Shown here one piece after another: positions 13,983-28,400 of a DNA stretch of 64,000 bases. Every line of letters starts with the position of its first letter. Positions within the stretch are counted from its first letter, which is position 1. The position numbers and the translations under genes were made by a program. Source of the stretch: Blasia pusilla (lineage: Eukaryota); contig CM114271.1 of the NCBI GenBank assembly GCA_050084515.1, positions 30,132,001 to 30,196,000 on the forward strand, given 5' to 3'. Under the pieces are notes generated by a model, which was not told the DNA's origin, searched no databases, and saw only the letters and a program-made list of their open reading frames with translations.

Positions 13983-16900
13983 AACAGATGGAATCCTACT
14001 CCAGGGAAAGCACTTTCGGACCGTTCGTGAGCAACACATTTTGAGAATGCTGTCGCTTTTTCTTTTCAATTTCTCAACCGATGATTCAGAAGACTCCGTC
14101 TTAGAACTCTGCACACTTTTGCTGTGGCGCGTGGTTGAAAGCGCGACTCTGTAGTGTTAACCCAGTGAGCCTGGTCCGGTCATCAGTCAGCAGCACCTAA
14201 TGAGCACGGGCGATGGCGTTTAGCTGATGATACTGTCATCTGGCCATTCCAAAAATAGATTTCAGGACCTACCTTATTAACGTTAAGAAATTTGTGATTT
14301 CACTTGACTCTGCTTCCTTTCGGATGAAGCACTGATCTTCATTTTGAGGTATTATCAGAACCACATTTATGTTTTTTCTGCAAACGATCACGTGAGGAGT
14401 TTCACGTGACTTACTGGCAGAGTCCATGTATCAAAGATGAATACCACTCGCCGCCATTGATAAGTGTCTCACTCTTTCTCGTTTCGATGCTTGGACTCGC
14501 ACCTCAAGGACAGATACACCATTGTCGACGATCCGCAGATCCATCGTGCAGCATCTCAATCCAGAGATCAAAACTTCTCATCGATCGGCCACCCTCCTTG
14601 TAGCAGGGAATGGCCTCAGGCGGTGTGGCGCACCTGCTCGTTCTTTCTGACATTTGGAGCCGATCTTGTGCCATCGAAGACCTCAGTCTTTCCCGAGTCA
14701 GCCGAGTTTATAAAATTTCGTGTCGCCGGTCCAGTCTAATTCACTGCACGTCAAAGAATGCCTTACGATGTCAACGGAATGCCTGACGATCTATACGCCG
14801 TCACACATCCATGGCACTGCAATCTCTCCCGCCGAGCACTTAACGGATTACATTGTGCTGAGAGGCGTCCGAAACGACACGCGTAATTACCGACTGGTTT
14901 TGGGTTGACTCTCAATGTGTGTCCAGCTTTTACGGTTCAAACCGAACGCAATTACGAGGGCCATGTCCTCTGGAGATGAATCCTGGTGTGCAGAATGCTC
15001 GCACCATGTGAAGAATGTAGAATAGTGCATGCATGATGAGATCTGAATCCAATCACAAGTTATTCTGTACTGGGCAAAAGTGACTGAATGTCCCACAGCT
15101 GATTGTCTTCCGTCAATCTCGTGTTCCCCTGTTGAACACTGCATACCTTAGAAACAGCGTGTGGAAGGAAGAAAATGAAATTTTCATCAAATCACGTAGT
15201 AGAAGGTGAATCTGCTATTCCTAGGTTGATCCCCTGCACACATTCGACAGCATCAGCGTTTGCCCTATTCGGGCTCTTCCTCGCAAGTGAAGTGTACGAA
15301 CTTCTCACCGGTGCTGACCTCACAACCTGTGTCACGAGGCGATCAGTTTAGTCCCCATGGTCATGTTCATCATCTTCATTTGTGTGACAGCATGGTGGAC
15401 CAATGCCCAGCCCGTCAAAAGACCCTGGGCCTTCAATCCCCAATCTACTACAATTGATAATTTAGTTTCGTCTTAGCGTCAGCTGCAGGGACAGAAATCG
15501 TAACAATCCGACTCAGCAATCGAGCTTTTTAAGCGCCACCACAAGTTGTACGTCTGCCCAACTTATGGTCGTATTCTAGGTTCGTAGTGTACATGTGTCA
15601 CGGCCGCTCTCTACCGGACGAACGTCATCTCCATGGCCGATATCCTTGATCCTTACCAACGCACTTCACCTGTTTGTTTCCCGCCATTCCCGAGCGTTTC
15701 GTTCGTTGATGCGCTCGATTAGCACGCGATTAGCCGCAAGTGTACCCTAGCTGTCACCACGATTAGCTCCAGCTACAAGACCGCTGGATCGTCGGAAGAA
15801 TCGGACCATGGGACATTTGGACCACTGTCCAGGTGCTATCCGTCCGAATGTCTGGTGCCTACCATGGTGGAAACTTACTGTGTGCGCTATACTGCGTAGA
15901 CGGGATCGCTTCATACTACCTGAAACTCGACGCCGTCAGCCATCGCTTCCATTTAACTGTCTCCAATCAAGCGCCGACTGACTGTCCGGATTGCCTCAAG
16001 AGCGACTGTCCGGATATCTGCCTCCGTTTATGGCGGCTATGCACACATCGTCCCGGTTCATGCACGTCGTCGATGCATAGTAGTATGTGGCTCACAGCGC
16101 CATAAACGCGCCGTCTGGCTGTCCCCGGCCCTTCTCCGGCTAGGCCGTGGTGAAGATTGCTACCGCAACTATAAGCTGCGTGCACACGACACTGACCACA
16201 GTATCGATAACGTCGTAGCTACCGCCTTTCCCGTCAAGGGCTAGTTTCTCTCCGGTGAGGAACGGAGCAGGTCCATTCGTAGACACCTACTTTTTCTCGT
16301 TTCGTGGGTGTGAAGCCATATTCTGTCGACGGTTAATGGAATGGAACTTGTATAAAGGTGACTAGCATACTGTAATGATGCACGGGAATGAAGAGATAAT
16401 GATTTTGCATATAAATTTAAAAAAGATATTCTGGTATCAATGGGAAAAAAATTTGTTGTTTGCATGGCATTTTCTATTAAAAATATAAATTAACGTATAA
16501 CCTGATATGTATCTGTTAATAATCATACCACCTATAAATTCAAAAACAAAGAAAATAATTTCTAATTACATCAAAATAAATCTTCTTTTGGTAGTACTAG
16601 GGGATGCCTATTTAATGATGGATGATTTAATCTATTCATCATTATGTTAAAATATGAAAAATGATTTAATCAACCTTCAAATTGGTAATTGATTTCCTAC
16701 GTCAATTTTAAGCCATTTTATTGGTTGAGAGTGGTACGTATAAAAATGAAAAGGGTGATAATAATATGGATATATGTATTGTTCGTACCTTAAGGCTTAT
16801 TTTAGGGGATAAAATTACATAACCAAGGAAAGCTTAGGCACTAGCCATCTTCATTTCAAATTCATTTGGTAAGGATGATTTATTAATGAGGAGAGTGGCC

Positions 16901-17989
16901 TAAATATGCAAGTCACCCTAGCTTTTGGTTTATTTGGAGTTAATTTTTGGAATTTGTTGTTTTGGGTAAGCTCCCTTTTTTAGTTAACTCCTATTTTTTG
17001 AAAGTGCCTCTTGACCTATTATTATGGGTTAGGATTAAGAAATTGACACGTGTGCCTATATCATCGAGAATAAGACATGTGGAAGGAAGAGAGGATACAC
17101 CTAAATGAGAAAGGGACGTGGAGTTCATTCTCTCTTTGTTGAAACTCCTTCCATAAGACCATAGAGCTATGGTGTGCCTTGCCTTACAAGTAACCTAAGC
17201 CTCTTACTATGAGATTGGGTGTGTTTTTAATATTGGAGAGAGCTATGCACTATAAGTTTTTGTTGGATTAAGATTTTTACAAAAAGAGAATCATTGAGAG
17301 AGACAATTTTGTTATGCGGGAGCTCTACAGCAAGGGCATAGAGATGTGTTGTTTGTTTGCACTTTGAGACTCGTGTTTCCCATATTATATCCCATAGGAG
17401 GCTTAGTAAGTTTCTATTTTCCATCGTTGTGAGGGGAAGTATTAGCTAGACTTGAGGTCCTAGGATGATAAATCGTTGCGGCTAAAGAAACCATTTGATG
17501 TTGAAGGGTTGCTAATGTTATAAACTCCAAAGCTGAAAATACAAAAACTTGATGGTGCATAAAACGGTTGAGCAAGGGGGACATTATAGCAAAGAAGAAA
17601 TAGATCAACGTGTCTGCCAAGTCGTCGATCCTAAACTAGCTAGTCATCCAAAGCTCTGACCCATGCCTTCGAATTGTTACCCAATCATGTTTATGGTTTC
17701 TCCTTGACATCTTCGATAATTGCATCAAAGTCGTATGCACATGTATCTAAGCATATCTACCACGCATGTATGTGAATCAAATTTCACCAAAGATTTACAT
17801 GGTATTTTCTTATCATCCAATTTTAGGGTTTGAAGTTTACTAACAGCTTTGCGTCATACTCAGTTTTCGAGGTCATCTTCGTACTAACATATAGTGTTGC
17901 ATTGATATCTTCTTACAATACTAACAATAACTTGTTCCTACTTGACATATGATATATGTTTCATTATTGTTTTGTGTCAAAAATCGACT

Positions 17990-18420
17990 TGACATATATA
18001 ATCAAAGAGCAAGGCGTTGCTCTACATTCTTGAGATTTATGTTGTATGCATTATGTGCAAGGTTACATATGGAAAAGTTCGTGTCAGCGTACATGTCCAT
18101 ATCCATGGACTTACATCCATCCTATAGAAGGACTTGTCCATATGGGCCCCACCTCCTCCTCCTTTCTCATCCCTCCCACTTACCTTCGTGATCTGCACTT
18201 TCTCATTTCTTCTTTCTCCCATCTCTACTCCCTCCACCCTTATTGCCCCATCCACTTTTGCCTTGCCTTCCACCATCAACTATAAGTATGGACCCCACCT
18301 TTTGCAATCCATATCCATAGACATTTCCAAATTAAACTTTTCCATCCATGGCCTTCTTAGGGACGAACTTGTCCCTTTTATTTTGCAACCATGATTGTGT
18401 GGAGTCGGCCGTATACATGT
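17990..18420 (+). repeat. Dispersed non-coding repeat, copy 1 (other copies at about 24990-25400 and, partially, 31790-31900)
   Basis: Shared blocks include gtccatatccatg, tgggccccacc, cttcgtgatctgcactttctcatt and ttgccttccaccat(c/g)aactataagtatgg. Confidence 0.8.
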
Positions 18421-19019
18421 CATTACATAATCTACATCTTTTTCCCCTTCCACGCACCAAATATTGTTGATCTTCCCAACACATGGGTAGATTGATACAT
18501 ATATAAAGTATACCCACAAAAATACCCCAAAAACACATGACAAGATTGAAGTAAAATAGGCTTATCAAGAAAACCCCACTTCCAAATCTAAAAGTAATCA
18601 TTAAGCCACATTCAGCCTTCACCATGAGGGAAGCCGGACTCTAGTTCTTAAGCTCCTACCAAACCCTAATACACATAATGCTCCATGGGCTCAAAATGAG
18701 AAAGATGGCTAGTGAGAGCCATCTTTCCACCTCTTATATCCTTGGGAAGAACCAAGATGGATCTTTCCCCCAAAAGAACCAAAATATTAACTAACTACAT
18801 TATTTTGATTAATTGGGTAATCATTGACTATGTCAGAAGATCACTTAGCCAAAAATAGAAAAATGTTGGGATTTATGAAAATGATGATTCTTAAGTAACG
18901 CAATTTTAGCCTATCTCATCCAACTAGTCATGATGGAGTTATACATGAATAACCCAATGAGTCCCTATAACAATATTATGGTATATATACCTCTACCAGT
19001 CGAACAACTATAATATAAA

Positions 19020-19800
19020 AATTGTTGTGCAGATACACATCGTTGCACAATTTACATTGTTATTCATATTCATATAACAACCACCATCAATCTTCCCAAC
19101 ATATAGGTAGATCCATGCACACATAGAGAGATACTCACACAAATACACCAAAGATCACACAACCGCCCCCTTAACATACGATTAGGTCTCCTAACTCCAT
19201 GTAGGCTGATCACATCCATCAAATATAATCTACTACCCATTGGAGGATGGGTGTGTCCTATATATGTCAAGAGGGGGAGTAAAACACAACATACATAACC
19301 CTGTAAAATAAAACATCACAAAAAAACTTGATGGATGCATCCCTTGCACGTCCATATTATTCCCTCACACATCCATATAATATACACCTCAATCTTGCCT
19401 GTAACGGAGCCAAACTCAGATCTACTCTCCCATCCATGTTTGAAAGATGATAAACTACACAATTGCACACACGATCCTTTCAAGCCATACCATCCAATCC
19501 CTCCAACATGAGGTTTCTGGTAGGTCACACCTTACGCACACAAAATCATGCGCCATGTAGTAGCATCTAGCATCTTCGGTGTCACATGCTTTAAGTACAT
19601 AAGCTCTATGATGCAATTTCCTAATACTTGGATGATAGCCTCCTTCATGAATGGTCACATAATTCAATATTTTCTTATGTTGAGAAATATCTAAGTTCTC
19701 AAATGCTATGGGCATAACATACTCTATGATAAATTTCTACCCTCTAAGAATATGCTTGCAACCATATATCCAAGTCATCAAGATCCAACACCTCCAACAC
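19020..19800 (-). mobile_element. Remnant of the same Gypsy family: integrase C-terminal region, eroded PHD start and 3' non-coding region
   Basis: MPIAFENLDISQH...YVTIHEGGY matches MPMAFENLAITQHRDSLRYATIRG of copy C. KDRVCNC matches KDHVRNC. aaccgcccccttaac...ttaggtc (about 19160) matches aatcgcccccctagc...ttaggtc (about 54650). Confidence 0.75.
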
Positions 19801-19804
19801 TCAA

Positions 19805-20135
19805 TATTGCAATCATTTGGCCAACAAATTGAGTGAGGCTCTAGACAAAGGGCATATTCGTAGTTAATATTCTTACAGAAAGAATGTCATTATGGCTGCA
19901 TCATTCGGTGTAGGAGAGTCTTTTTATGGGGCTAAAGAAAGAAGCTTTGATGTATGAATGGCTAGGAGTGAGGCCTTAACACAAGCTTGAGATAGGTTGG
20001 ATGAGCCCGAGGTAGCAAGGAATCCTACGTTATCATGCATCCTTGGACATTATGTTTTCATGTGGTTCATTAAAGATAAGGATTTGAGAGTGGCAGATCT
20101 CTCTTAAGGAATGAGTATTGGGTTGGATGTTGTGT
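19805..20135 (+). mobile_element. Fragment of the same family spanning the PR-DNMT linker and an eroded DNMT motif I
   Basis: IIWP...MAASFGVGE...ARSEAL...EPEVARN...DLRVADLS*GMSIGLDVVL is collinear with ITWP...VAASFLGGE...AWSEPF...KPKIARS...DIHVLDLFGGIATGLVVI of copy B. Confidence 0.65.
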
Positions 20136-21249
20136 TAAGTTAACTTAACACAACTCATGTTGTGTTAAGTTACTCTAAAGCTATTGGTATGATGTTACAT
20201 ATTATCTCCTATGAGCACTATTGTGAGATATTTCATAGACTTCATATTATTGAACTATCTAGCTTGCAAATTTACACATTTGACGTACCAAATCTTCCCA
20301 AATCTAGTTGAATCCAAGTTTAATACATGTCAAAAACACCCTTCCCTAACCTTTGATCAGAAGGCTTAATTGTAGGAATATTAACCTAGCCTCACAAAAT
20401 CTCCCCTTGGGATAAACCCTTCTCGAGGCACTAAAGGCTCTAAGAAGGTGACACGTGCAGAGAAGTCATCTCCACCTTCTCAACATATTTTCAACTAATC
20501 AAACACCTCCAAAAAGGTCCCAAGAGATCTCCTAAGGGATTACAGATACACAAACGTCACTTAGAGAAGCCAACATGTCACTCTTAGTCTCTCCACGCCC
20601 AGGTAGACATATAGCCTCCCCATAGAGGCATACTATTTACTCTCGCTCAATTACAAATACTGTACTAACTATCACACACATTCACATGGATATGAAACAT
20701 AAATTAGTATCACATACATATAGACATGCACTTATATGACCAAAACATACCACAGATCACAAACACATCATATCCATAAATACACCATCACATAAAGAGG
20801 CCTTATAATCCCCTCCCCTCCTTCCCCCTCCCTTCCCCAAGGCACCCTAATCAGTGGTTGGGTGCCTCCAACCCAAAATTTTGAGTTGCCATATCGAAAG
20901 TAACATGCACCTTTTTGGTCCAAAGATTTTGAGGTTGGGTACTCACTTGCCCCATAGTTAGTTTCCCTTGAGCAATACATGTTAATCTCAATGAATATTA
21001 AGTATGCAAGACATACTCATCACCCTAGAGAAACTACATCCAAGAGTGGTGTCAAACATGTCATATACTAACTGAAAACCATCAACACACACTACTGTCG
21101 TAGGCACATACCCACTTGGGTTGCACACCTCCCACCATCAAATATCACCAATAAATCTTATATCGAACCTTACATTCACAACATAGAATGCCACAACAAC
21201 AAAACACAATTTCAAGACACGTGTAACCCCAATGTCTCATCTCCCTTCA

Positions 21250-23400
21250 CACCCATCAACTCTAACACTTTTGTCTTTGGTGGAAACATGGCCACCACTT
21301 GTATATCAATCTCCTAAACACTTATTAGATACTCCAACACATAAAAGGGTGAAAATATCATTTCCCTGTTATACCTCTATCACACTTCTCCATAAAGGCC
21401 TCACTCCAAGCCTGATGGATATACCACTCTACCCTAGGTTACAATAACTTATGGGGCCTATCATTCGCCCCCATCAACATATACTATTACGCCAATGGGT
21501 GCCACTGCACAACATAATCATCACCAACCAACACATCTTCCACCACTAGCTATCCCTCCCATATATCAACAAACTCATCCATCACTAAAGATCACGCTTC
21601 AACAATCACCACCACATCCTGTTGCACACCACTTATATTTCCAATCTTACATATTGGCAAATGACCAATATAGCAACAACCAAATTGTCAATCTAGCTAA
21701 GAGCTAACTAACTCCTCTTCAAAGTCTAACGTGAAGCTCGTGGGATACAACACAATACCACCAGCTAACACATCATGAAGCTCAATGTGAATCGACCACA
21801 ACCGCCTCAAGCCCTCACCATCAAACTATCCCTGAGGTGCTTTGGCTACACCCTCACCATCAACTTCTACCACATCATGAATTGTGGTGCAATAGACCCA
21901 CCAAGTATCTAGTGGATTTGAAATTAGCAGCTCTCTAACTAGGACTTCCATAGTCCTAATCCTAAGTCCACATTCCAACCAAACATTAAGGGTTGTGCTT
22001 TAGTCAATACAACACACTAAAGGGCCCAACCAGCAAATACACCTTATTGATGTTATCCTACATGAAAATATCAAGGGTAGCTAGTGCATGTTCAAATATT
22101 GGTCCCACGAGAAACTCCTCCATCTTCATGCCATGTGTCACTCAACTCCATTCACGTAGAGAGCTCCACACTCTTCTCCCAACAAGGAGACACCATTTCC
22201 ACTATAGCTACCACCACTCTCACACAACATGGTTGCCAATCAAAACATCTTTACTAGTTCTCCTCCCATAATCACCATATTTTGGTCCCAAAAAAAAGAT
22301 GTATGGCATATGGTCCTTTTTCCCCTTATAATGTACTAGATCAAAGCTCCTCATGGCCCTCGTACTTTTTGCCAATAAATGTGCCATGTACACCACAAGA
22401 TATACACATTTCCCCACAAAAACTGCACTCACTTGACTAATCCCATCAGTGAAGTCTCCACAATCTGTAACTACAAAAATTACTACAAAAATTGTGTCTA
22501 TCGATTGATCAACCTTACCTTGCTTTCAGTGTGAGTTCAAAGCAACACCATGCAACTTATAAATGTTGTCTGCACCACAAGTCATAATGGTGCTTGCTTA
22601 TGTTCATTTTCACATTACCACATACAAAATCCAAACTTGCAATCCTATCATCACCATCCATCATTGTTGTGGAATCATCGTTGCCCCTAGAAGTGCCTAA
22701 ATGATGAAGATCCAATAGGCCATGCACCCGTTGCTCCAAGGTAGCGATCATGGCACAAAGATCAGCACCTGATATAACCACCACCATCAACTCTAGTGAT
22801 TATGGGTCATCAACTACAACCAAACCCACCTCCATTATGGTTGCCATCGTGTCCTACAACATGATCCCTCCACCACCTAGCACGCCACTAGCTACCATTG
22901 ACGCAACAACTCACATCTCTAGGTGGATATTAGGAGATTGCTCATGGTTGTGACTTTGATATTAACAATGGATGCTACACCACACAAATCAGCATGTTTC
23001 CCCATCTTTCATGGGCCTCGACATAATCTGCTCACTCTACTCGCTCATTATAATCACATTGTGAGTGAGCCCCACCTCAAGTCCAACATGTGGTTTCCTC
23101 ATGCCAGCCTGTGAAAAATATTCCTTCCTTGCAAAGGAAGGAATATTTTTCACTCTTGGCAATGTATGTACATAGGCCATCCTGGTCCATCTCCAATCCC
23201 ATACTATCATACGATGCGTGGTTTGATGGTCATACCATTGTCGATATTATGCTATGAGTTGGCCCTCTTGCAAAGCATGACACTACCATTCACTCCAAAA
23301 TAGTGATAAGCTTGATATCCTTAAACACCCAAATTTAAACACATGGTCTAGATTCACTTGGCCTGTTAACACCATCAAAAGGAAATATCACAATTACGAT
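21250..23400 (-). mobile_element. Highly eroded gag/protease/linker remnant of the same Gypsy family
   Basis: On minus: AQPLMFG (about 21980-22000), KMEEFLVGPIFEHALA (compare RMAEMPARPAIERAMA) and IHQAWSEAFMEKCD (about 21385-21425; compare VQIAWSETFALKCD). Boundaries are approximate. Confidence 0.55.
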
Positions 23401-24129
23401 TTCCACTCCATATATACCATTATTACACCACGTATGCCTTGATCACTGTCCAATAGTCAAGTACTCCATACCAATACTATTTTTTTTATGCCTTAGCTAG
23501 TCCTTGTGTGACATGAACTAAGCCACTCATGTTTGTGTAGGTTTTTCATAGGCTCTCTTCTAACCACCAATGAAAATCTTGCAGCTCACCAAATATCTCA
23601 ATCCACGCCTCATTTTAGTTCTTCCCCAACAACTTCAAAGAACATGGGGAGAAACTTGTTGTGCCTTCTTAGAAATAGGGGAACCTTACCTTTGTGTTTC
23701 AGTTTTGATTGTGGCAATTCAAATGTATTTGGGCCTTATTTTAATGTAAGTCTCTGTTTTTCATATAAAGCATCATTCAATATTCACTATGCATTCTTTT
23801 AATGTAAATAGATAGTCCATCTGAGTGTGAATAGATACAGTTTGTAGCTTTGGGCAGGTGATCATACTTGGATGTTTATATTTGATCATCCAAGTATAAA
23901 CATCCAAGTACTACTTGGATGTGTATACTTGGATGTTATCTTTATATTTCAATAGACAAGCACTTTTGACGTGATTGTGAAGATTGGTCATATGCTACAA
24001 TAGATCAAGGTTAGTACAAAGATATTGTGCCTATATATATTTTCATATGATATTGGTAGCATTAGGATTGTAGTGATAGCATAATGACTTCTCCAAGTGA
24101 TGTAAGACGAGTTATGATAAGAGGGTATG

Positions 24130-24777
24130 TACTAGAAGGCAATCATGAAGTCCACCAGATGGTAGGAAGGAGTGATTTTTATTTAGTGGTAGTCATGGAT
24201 ACTCAATAGATTCTAAATGCCAATATAATGTACATAATTCAATCAACAATAAAGCAAACTTGTCATATATAAATGACACGCTATAGTTGACTATGTTACT
24301 TACAGATATCTTTTGCATACTATCTCAGTTATATGATAGGAGTGTAGTATGACATGGACAAGTCATTTTAATGACTTGCAATTATTCTTTTGTGACACAT
24401 GGAGTTATTTTGTATTACTCAAAGTAGTCATTATTATTTGAGTTATGACTTATAAAATGGCTATTCCAAATCACTCTTTAATTAGACGAGTCATAAAGAG
24501 TGACTCATCTAGTCATTCTTTATGACTTGTGTAGTCATTTTTTATAACTTCACCTAGTCATTAACAATGATTAGGTGAAGTAGTATTCAGTGACTACATT
24601 GCGTAAAAAAAAATGAGACTCAAATATGACTATAATCGGTTTGAGTAACAGTTTATACAACTAGGAGTAATTTTGATTACTATAGTATGGTTAAGTAATT
24701 ACATAGTTTCATAGTCTTGGTTTGAGCAGCATCCAGTCTTTTTTTCTAGTCATTCAAAGGGGGGTTTTGTAGTAGTA
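24130..24777. repeat. Dense array of short atgact/agtcat motifs ending in a CACTA-like terminus; possible DNA-transposon end
   Basis: Many agtcat/atgact motifs occur in both orientations. ggggttttgtagtagta at 24761-24777 resembles the reverse complement of a CACTAC(TAC)AAAA terminus, but imperfectly. Confidence 0.35.
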
Positions 24778-24989
24778 GAACATGGGGCTAAACTAAAGTA
24801 GCACATGCGTCCCTTTGAATATGTTAGCGCCCCTAGTATCATTCGCCTTAAAAGCTACAATAGAACTATCCTCAGCCTATGAGACATACTCATTTGGAAT
24901 TACCATGTAAAATATAGCAAGGGTCATATTATTTCCTTCACACTTGATCTCCGCCACATGCTGCTTTGCAAACTTAATAGAGTCACAGA

Positions 24990-25400
24990 TTGGTGCATCC
25001 TCTAGATGCTCAAATATAAAAATCCAAACCACAAATAGGATGAACGTAGAGCAAGGTTGCATATGGACAAATTCTGTGTGTATGGATATGTCCATGTCCA
25101 TGAACATACATCTGTCCTACATAAGGATTTTTCCATGTGGGCCCCATCCCCCCTTCTTTCTCATCCTCTCCCCCCCCCAAAACTTGTCTTCGTGATCTGC
25201 ACTTTCTCATTAATTTCTTCCTTCTCCCACCTTCACTCCCTCCCCCCCCCTTATTGCCCTGCTCACCCTTGCCCTTGCCTTGCCTTCCACCATGAACTAT
25301 AAGTATGGGCCCCATATTTTGTAATACATGTCCATGGATATATCCAAACTTCTTCAGCCATGTCCAGTTTTTTTGCAACCATATATGACGTAGAGGGACA
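24990..25400 (+). repeat. Dispersed non-coding repeat, copy 2
   Basis: Collinear with 17990-18420 (gcaaggtt.catatgga, gtccat.tccatg, cttcgtgatctgcactttctcatt, ccttccaccatgaactataagtatgggcccca). Confidence 0.8.
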
Positions 25401-28400
25401 ACGGATCCTCTTATGCACATACCAAGCATCAAACTCTAACATATAGTAAAGGAGCTCGATCATACTCAAGTATGGGTCTATGAGAGTTTATTATCCCTTC
25501 ATAGACGCATAGATCACATCTATGTCATCGCGTAACGCCATGGTGACACTGTCACTCTAGCACCAATTAGTACCCTCCCAACCCCCACTTAAGTCATGCT
25601 AAAAATTGAACTTTGTGGGGATGGTTGATAATGCAACCCACTTTGGGTAAGACCATCACTACTACTCATGTTACCACATCCCTAAAAACTCAAAAAAAAT
25701 CAAAAAATAAACACTCATTGCCTCATATATCACCACTAGAAGTACCACACACCATCCACACTCAAACTCAACCCCACATTGAACACCATATGTAGTGACA
25801 ACACATCACCCACTCATAACTTATCACCCATTGCTACCCTCAATAAGTACCTCTATGGCATGATGTTGTACACACACGAGCATAAAACTTATCAACTCAC
25901 ACTAAGTCCACACACATCCGAATCAAGATACACACATACAAATCCATCACTTAATTAAATCCTATTTAACCCATACACATTCCATCCTAGGATACAACAC
26001 ACACTTGTCAACCATCCAAATGACTCATATTGATCCTACACATATTTCATATTGGGATACAATACACATCTCGTACTCATACCTACCATGCATTCAAAAC
26101 TCATCCCTACACCACATGATACTCACAACCATATGTCATGTTGATTGGCATCATTACAACTCATCTAAACCAAACTCCTATACCGCACGACTCTAATTGC
26201 ACTATGTGAGCTATTCAAAACTCTTACACTTGAAATATGGACCACAAAATATAGGACAGCGCATATACGCATGAAACTCATATTGGAGGGCTAAATTTTA
26301 TACTCATGATCTTGATCACGTTATCCAATTTCACATCCATTTTTCTTCTTGGAGTTTGACCTCTATACCTCCTTGCTTCATCCTCAAGCACTCATGACCT
26401 TGAGCTTTGCAAGCACACATCTTGGTTTGAGTCTCAAAGACTTAATTGGTTGCACGTTTTGAAGGTAGCCAAAAAGCCGCCAAGGTTTAATCGGGTCGAG
26501 TCTCCCTAAGTCCAAACCGTCTTCCTAAGTCCAAACCGTCTTCCTAGGAATCCTATTCTTCAAGCCTTGAAAAATATTTCCAATTTTCTTGTCTACAAAA
26601 GAGCGCATTTGTTGTTTCCTCGAGGAGCGTCCTATGCGATGTCTTTGCTCAAAACTAAAACGAGGCCAAACACATATCATAGGTAGTCTCTTATTCATGG
26701 ACTTAAGCCAATAGGGAGGGAGAGTGTCCCCGATATAAGTAATTTTAGGATTCTCCATGGGAACCCCATTTTCCCCATTTTCCACCCCATGCCCTTTATT
26801 TTGGAACCTAAGCCAATCATGAATTATGATCGATTTGCGGACTCGTTCCTTCCTAATTATCCCCATAATTAATTAGAGGAGTTTTCATATAGATTCTATA
26901 ACTCTCACCTTGGAGCTTAGACCCATCTTTTTAATCTCATAGCTAGCGTTCGTCTCGACTCTCACTGGTTGGTGTCTCATGGTTGTCTTGTTGCTCATCG
27001 CATTTCGTGACTAGTATAATAACATCTTGTATGTCTTAACTACTCACGTGTTCCTTGCCACTCATCCTTGACTTTGAGCTTGTCTTAAGGGTATCATACC
27101 TTGATTGCATTGTCCATATCCATGGGAGTATGTATGTCCCTTTCTAGCTTAAGGCTATTCTTAAGGCACATATCTGTCTCGCTTGGCATTAGTCTCACGA
27201 CCGGTTCCACCAACATTCCTAGTCTCGCAACTAGCTAGTCTAAACTTTTTTATTTGATGGGCCACGCCAAGTTCTTTCCTCCTTAGACCAACGACCATGA
27301 TTTTTTTCCTGAGTCCTTGCTAACGTGAATGCCATAGACTTAGCTATTCTCAAGGCTTGGCACCCCTATTGTATCATCTCATCCGCATCACTCCCATCCA
27401 ACAAGAAGTTGGCCTCGATCAAAATTCAAAATTCTACAAAATGACAAAATCCCCCTTGAGATGTAATGTCCACTAAAACAACTCTCTACTTACACACTCA
27501 CTTTTCACAATATTCCAAACTAAACTTGAGTACCACTAACCCAATCATATCTCACTTACTAATTTCTACTAATTGACCTACACTCACTTATTCATTACAC
27601 GTTTGGAGATCTCACCACAACCAACATGTCAAAAGCCGCTTTGTGTTGTGAATGGCTTCTATCAAAAAGTACTACAATAATGTTTGCCTTAGTCCTAACT
27701 TCCATGCACATTCATCCTAAATTGACCCCTATCAAAGAGGCTTTCCTTACATGTGTGTACTTGTTCCTCACCATTCACACAATAGATGCATCATATTCAC
27801 TAATCATTGGCTAAAGGAGAAACCTTCTCTACACAATTTCTTCCCCCTACTTTGATACACTCATCTCCTTGTGAGACTACCCAAGTACTTGCACACACCA
27901 AGCAACAAGTACTCCGGAATATTGTTGCATGAACAACAACATATGGAACCAACTTCTCAATTCGGTTGCCCTTTGTTGGCAATATTCCACGCACTTCAAC
28001 ACTCTCCACACATATCCATATCTTGGTTGCCATGATAAGACATTTAGCAATTGGCACACATTTGCATGTAGGCATGAAGACTCTCCCACAAAAATTCTTT
28101 TGTATGCATGTTGGATATATGTTTATTTTCTTCCCACGCCAATGATTTACATAACCTAAATATGCAATATCCATTCCAATTCGTCAAAGGCACTATCGTA
28201 TGAATAATGCTTATGGTAATCCACTCTATTGCTTGAATGATTTTTGGTGTAAAGTAAATTGATGTTCACTCTCTTTGCTTTATAAAGAAAACTAGTAGAC
28301 TTCGGAAAGTTGAAGCACAAAGTTGACTCGGGAACTTTCACATGGCGCATGTCACCACTATGTTTGTATCGTGCTTCTACACTAACTTGCCCTCTCCATG

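Noticed and set aside
23860-24720. Short repeated motifs as a CRISPR-like array
   Set aside because: The units are irregular, occur in both orientations and lack constant-length unique spacers, and the context is eukaryotic.
26300-27420. Possible old LTR-like segment (similar candidates at about 16700-17900 and 20330-20660)
   Set aside because: No clear termini or TSDs were found, and similarity to the 61-63 kb LTRs is too weak to assert by eye.
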